From positions 64,001 to 128,000 of IMG/VR virus record IMGVR_UViG_3300021426_000064: a DNA stretch of 64,000 nt; one strand, 5' to 3'. Made by a program: the position numbers and the translations under genes. A model generated the notes under the pieces. That model searched no databases and was not told where the DNA came from. It saw only the letters and a program-made list of their open reading frames with translations. This stretch comes from a virus (taxonomy: Duplodnaviria > Caudoviricetes). Below, in pieces: positions 62,072 to 64,000 of this stretch; position 1 is the stretch's first letter, and each line of letters starts with the position of its first letter.

Positions 62072-62647
62072 TTGCAATCTAATAATCAAAACATCAATCA
62101 TCTCGAATTTTGGGCCAACCAGAAAGATATTTTGACGGGCACCTTGAACGCGATGCAGGCTGAAAGACTGGAGAACGCTGTAAAGAAGCTCTATTATCCT
62201 GAATTGCAGCAGTTTGTTGTTCTGGTTCTGACCCGTAAGGTTGAAGAAGATGGCGAAATCGAAGATGCCTTGGGCGCATTTGAGTTAGGCGTAAGATACT
62301 TTACCGAGCGCGGGTATTACTACGAAATGGCCCCCAATAAGCAGACGTGCACATTCTTAGCGTCGCTCCTTCTGCATAACGTATACTTCAATCACCATAT
62401 CCATAACGCTTTTGATTGGCTCAGAGTTTTCAAACTCCGTGACGAAACCGAAGGCCTGGCTTATGCGCTTTATGAAATAATGGAATATAATGACCGCGGC
62501 ATGTTTGAATTTGTATATCAGAATGTTGAAGCTCAGCTGGGCGAAGCAATGCCAACACCGGGCAATCGTCCGGTTCGTGGTCAGAATACGGAGCATTTCT
62601 GGAACGTGCTCTGGTTCTATTATCATGGCACACATTCGAAATGGTAA
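62072..62647 (+). CDS. Hypothetical protein
   Basis: GGAGG RBS and TTG start, 191 aa; LLLHNV could be a degenerate HD motif. Confidence 0.65.
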   Translation: MQSNNQNINHLEFWANQKDILTGTLNAMQAERLENAVKKLYYPELQQFVVLVLTRKVEEDGEIEDALGAFELGVRYFTERGYYYEMAPNKQTCTFLASLLLHNVYFNHHIHNAFDWLRVFKLRDETEGLAYALYEIMEYNDRGMFEFVYQNVEAQLGEAMPTPGNRPVRGQNTEHFWNVLWFYYHGTHSKW

Positions 62648-63369
62648 TTGAAATAACAGAAGAACAGCTTTTTGATTACATGAACTGTCCGGTGCGGTAT
62701 GCCATAAAATATGGCAAGAATCATATCAAAGTACCGCCGCAGATAACTTTTCCAAAGCTGTTAAATCAGGTTGTGTATGGATTTTGTCAGTCGCTAAAGG
62801 ACGGCATTGTGCTGCCGCCCGATAAAATAAAGCGAAAATGGGACACGGTTTGTAAAAATCATCCCGACAAAATCACCCAGGATAAAATCCGTGAAGGATT
62901 CGGGGCTCTGTATAGGTTTTATGAGTATGCAGAGGAAAACCAAATACTGGTTGCGGATATTGGTTCTCCCTATATCCTTCGCGTTAAAGATGGAGACGAC
63001 ACATACATTTATAACGGAACATTGGGGATAATCCTGTCTAACAAAGATGGTGAGCCGGAAAATTTCAAAACAGATTTTTCCAGCAGGTTTCCAGAGCAAA
63101 GCAAACTGGATATGAATCTCAAGACCACGCTTGATCATGTAGGTTTTTATGAACTCTACAATTTGCCACTGAGTGGAACACGGGTTCACCATGTAAAAAA
63201 GAGCCGGGATTTTTATACCACCCGCGATATCCCAAGCTCAACAAAAAGAGTAAGGACAATAATCGCTAATGTCTGTAAGTCAATAAGGCATAATATCTGG
63301 TATCCTCACGAGACTCCGTTGTGTTCTTCCTGTGAAGTAAGAGATTTTTGTATGATGTATGGCTCCTGA
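62641..63369 (+). CDS. Cas4/AddB-like PD-(D/E)XK-fold protein with Fe-S-type cysteines, possibly inactive
   Basis: YMNCPVRY at the N-terminus and CSSCEVRDFC at the C-terminus; catalytic motifs look degenerate. Confidence 0.7.
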   Translation: MVIEITEEQLFDYMNCPVRYAIKYGKNHIKVPPQITFPKLLNQVVYGFCQSLKDGIVLPPDKIKRKWDTVCKNHPDKITQDKIREGFGALYRFYEYAEENQILVADIGSPYILRVKDGDDTYIYNGTLGIILSNKDGEPENFKTDFSSRFPEQSKLDMNLKTTLDHVGFYELYNLPLSGTRVHHVKKSRDFYTTRDIPSSTKRVRTIIANVCKSIRHNIWYPHETPLCSSCEVRDFCMMYGS

Positions 63370-63406
63370 TATAGAGCTAAGTAGTTTTTTGTTAACGAGG
63401 TATAAG

Positions 63407-63568
63407 ATGCTTAATTTAACCGAAAGAGTCGGCGCGGAGCCGAAAGTCACAAAAGGTGGTCTTCCCGGTGTATCGGTAAGCATCGGAGGGGCAATCCCCT
63501 TTGATGATGATGTACCGCCCACGCAGCCGAAAAAGAAAACCGCCAAAAGCGAAGATAAGAAGGCGTGA
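63407..63568 (+). CDS. Small hypothetical protein
   Basis: ATG 63407 preceded by GAGG; 53 aa. Confidence 0.5.
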   Translation: MLNLTERVGAEPKVTKGGLPGVSVSIGGAIPFDDDVPPTQPKKKTAKSEDKKA

Positions 63569-63572
63569 CAAA

Positions 63573-64000
63573 ATGCCAATAATTCGCAGGCGAAAAACAG
63601 CGGTAAAACCTAAAACCGCAAGTAAGAGGACTTACGAGATTGATGGAAAGGTATATACAAGCAAATCCCTGAGAGACTATCATGTAGAGCTAAATGAATA
63701 TGTAAAGTCAGGACTGATAAAATCCTTTGAATTGCCCGAAGGAAAACTCACAAAGTCTAAATTCCATTCCATCAAAGCGGTTATCAATGGTATCGAGTTT
63801 GATTCACTTAATGAATCTCGGTACTATATCCATGTTCTGGAGGAAGTAAAGGCCGGCAATATTAAGTCTTACGAACTTCAGAAAGCGTACGAAATTGTAC
63901 CCGCCCATATCCGGCGCGGCAAAAAAGTACGCAAAATGGAATACCTGGCAGACTTTGTTTGTCAGATGGCAGACGGCACAGAAAAGGTAATCGACGTGAA
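63573..64000 (+). CDS. DUF1064-like PD-(D/E)XK nuclease, 3'-truncated by the window end
   Basis: Not in the ORF track. Translates MPIIRRRK...SKFHSIKAVINGIEFDSLNESRYY...YELQKAYEI...EYLADFV...VIDV and is open to the end of the window. Confidence 0.75.
   Translation, partial: MPIIRRRKTAVKPKTASKRTYEIDGKVYTSKSLRDYHVELNEYVKSGLIKSFELPEGKLTKSKFHSIKAVINGIEFDSLNESRYYIHVLEEVKAGNIKSYELQKAYEIVPAHIRRGKKVRKMEYLADFVCQMADGTEKVIDV

Noticed and set aside
63359-63406. Upstream ATG start for the small 63359-63568 ORF
   Set aside because: ATG 63407 has a GAGG RBS and avoids overlap with the preceding gene
1-64000. Alternative genetic code (stop-codon reassignment as in some large gut phages)
   Set aside because: Very long ORFs are intact under the standard code, and TAA, TAG and TGA all end genes at operon junctions or before terminators
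1-64000. tRNA/rRNA genes, IS elements, introns/inteins
   Set aside because: No cloverleaf, transposase, homing-endonuclease or intein-terminal motifs recognised by eye; intergenic spaces are short. A tRNAscan/Infernal run would be needed to exclude them fully.

Overview
This 64-kb window is part of a large tailed (contractile-tail/baseplate type) phage or prophage genome of a Bacillota-type host (sigma-A-like promoters, GGAGG RBSs). Almost all genes are on the + strand and the genetic code is standard. Positions 1-56852 are a virion morphogenesis region. It opens with a giant 5'-truncated gene in the tape-measure position that carries two-barrel RNA polymerase catalytic motifs (RQP...NGDKDGD). 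Next come a 2922-aa protein fusing a thermonuclease domain to tail-initiator/hub-like domains, an OB-fold spike-like protein, an NlpC/P60 peptidase, gp25-like and baseplate J-like proteins, and a series of large fibre/baseplate proteins (collagen, AxxA and 44-aa repeats). Inserted between the gp25-like and baseplate J-like genes is a self-contained NAD+ salvage operon (nrtR-pncA-NMNAT-pncB-nadE) with its own promoter, two tandem NrtR-type GT-N7-AC operators and flanking terminators; it is a candidate ADP-ribose-sensing NAD+-reconstitution counter-defence distinct from NARP1/NARP2. Positions 57012-64000 are an early/replication region: AEP primase with a PriL-like tail, DnaB-like helicase, Rha/KilAC antirepressor, P-loop NTPase, GroES, Cas4-like protein and a DUF1064-like protein. 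Non-coding highlights are a ~290-bp structured repeat cluster (38539-38827) whose motif recurs at the RBS of the 2922-aa gene, 11-bp-phased GTAAGAAG arrays flanking the replication operon, and a candidate late-promoter motif. All functional calls come from motif recognition by eye; no searches were run.
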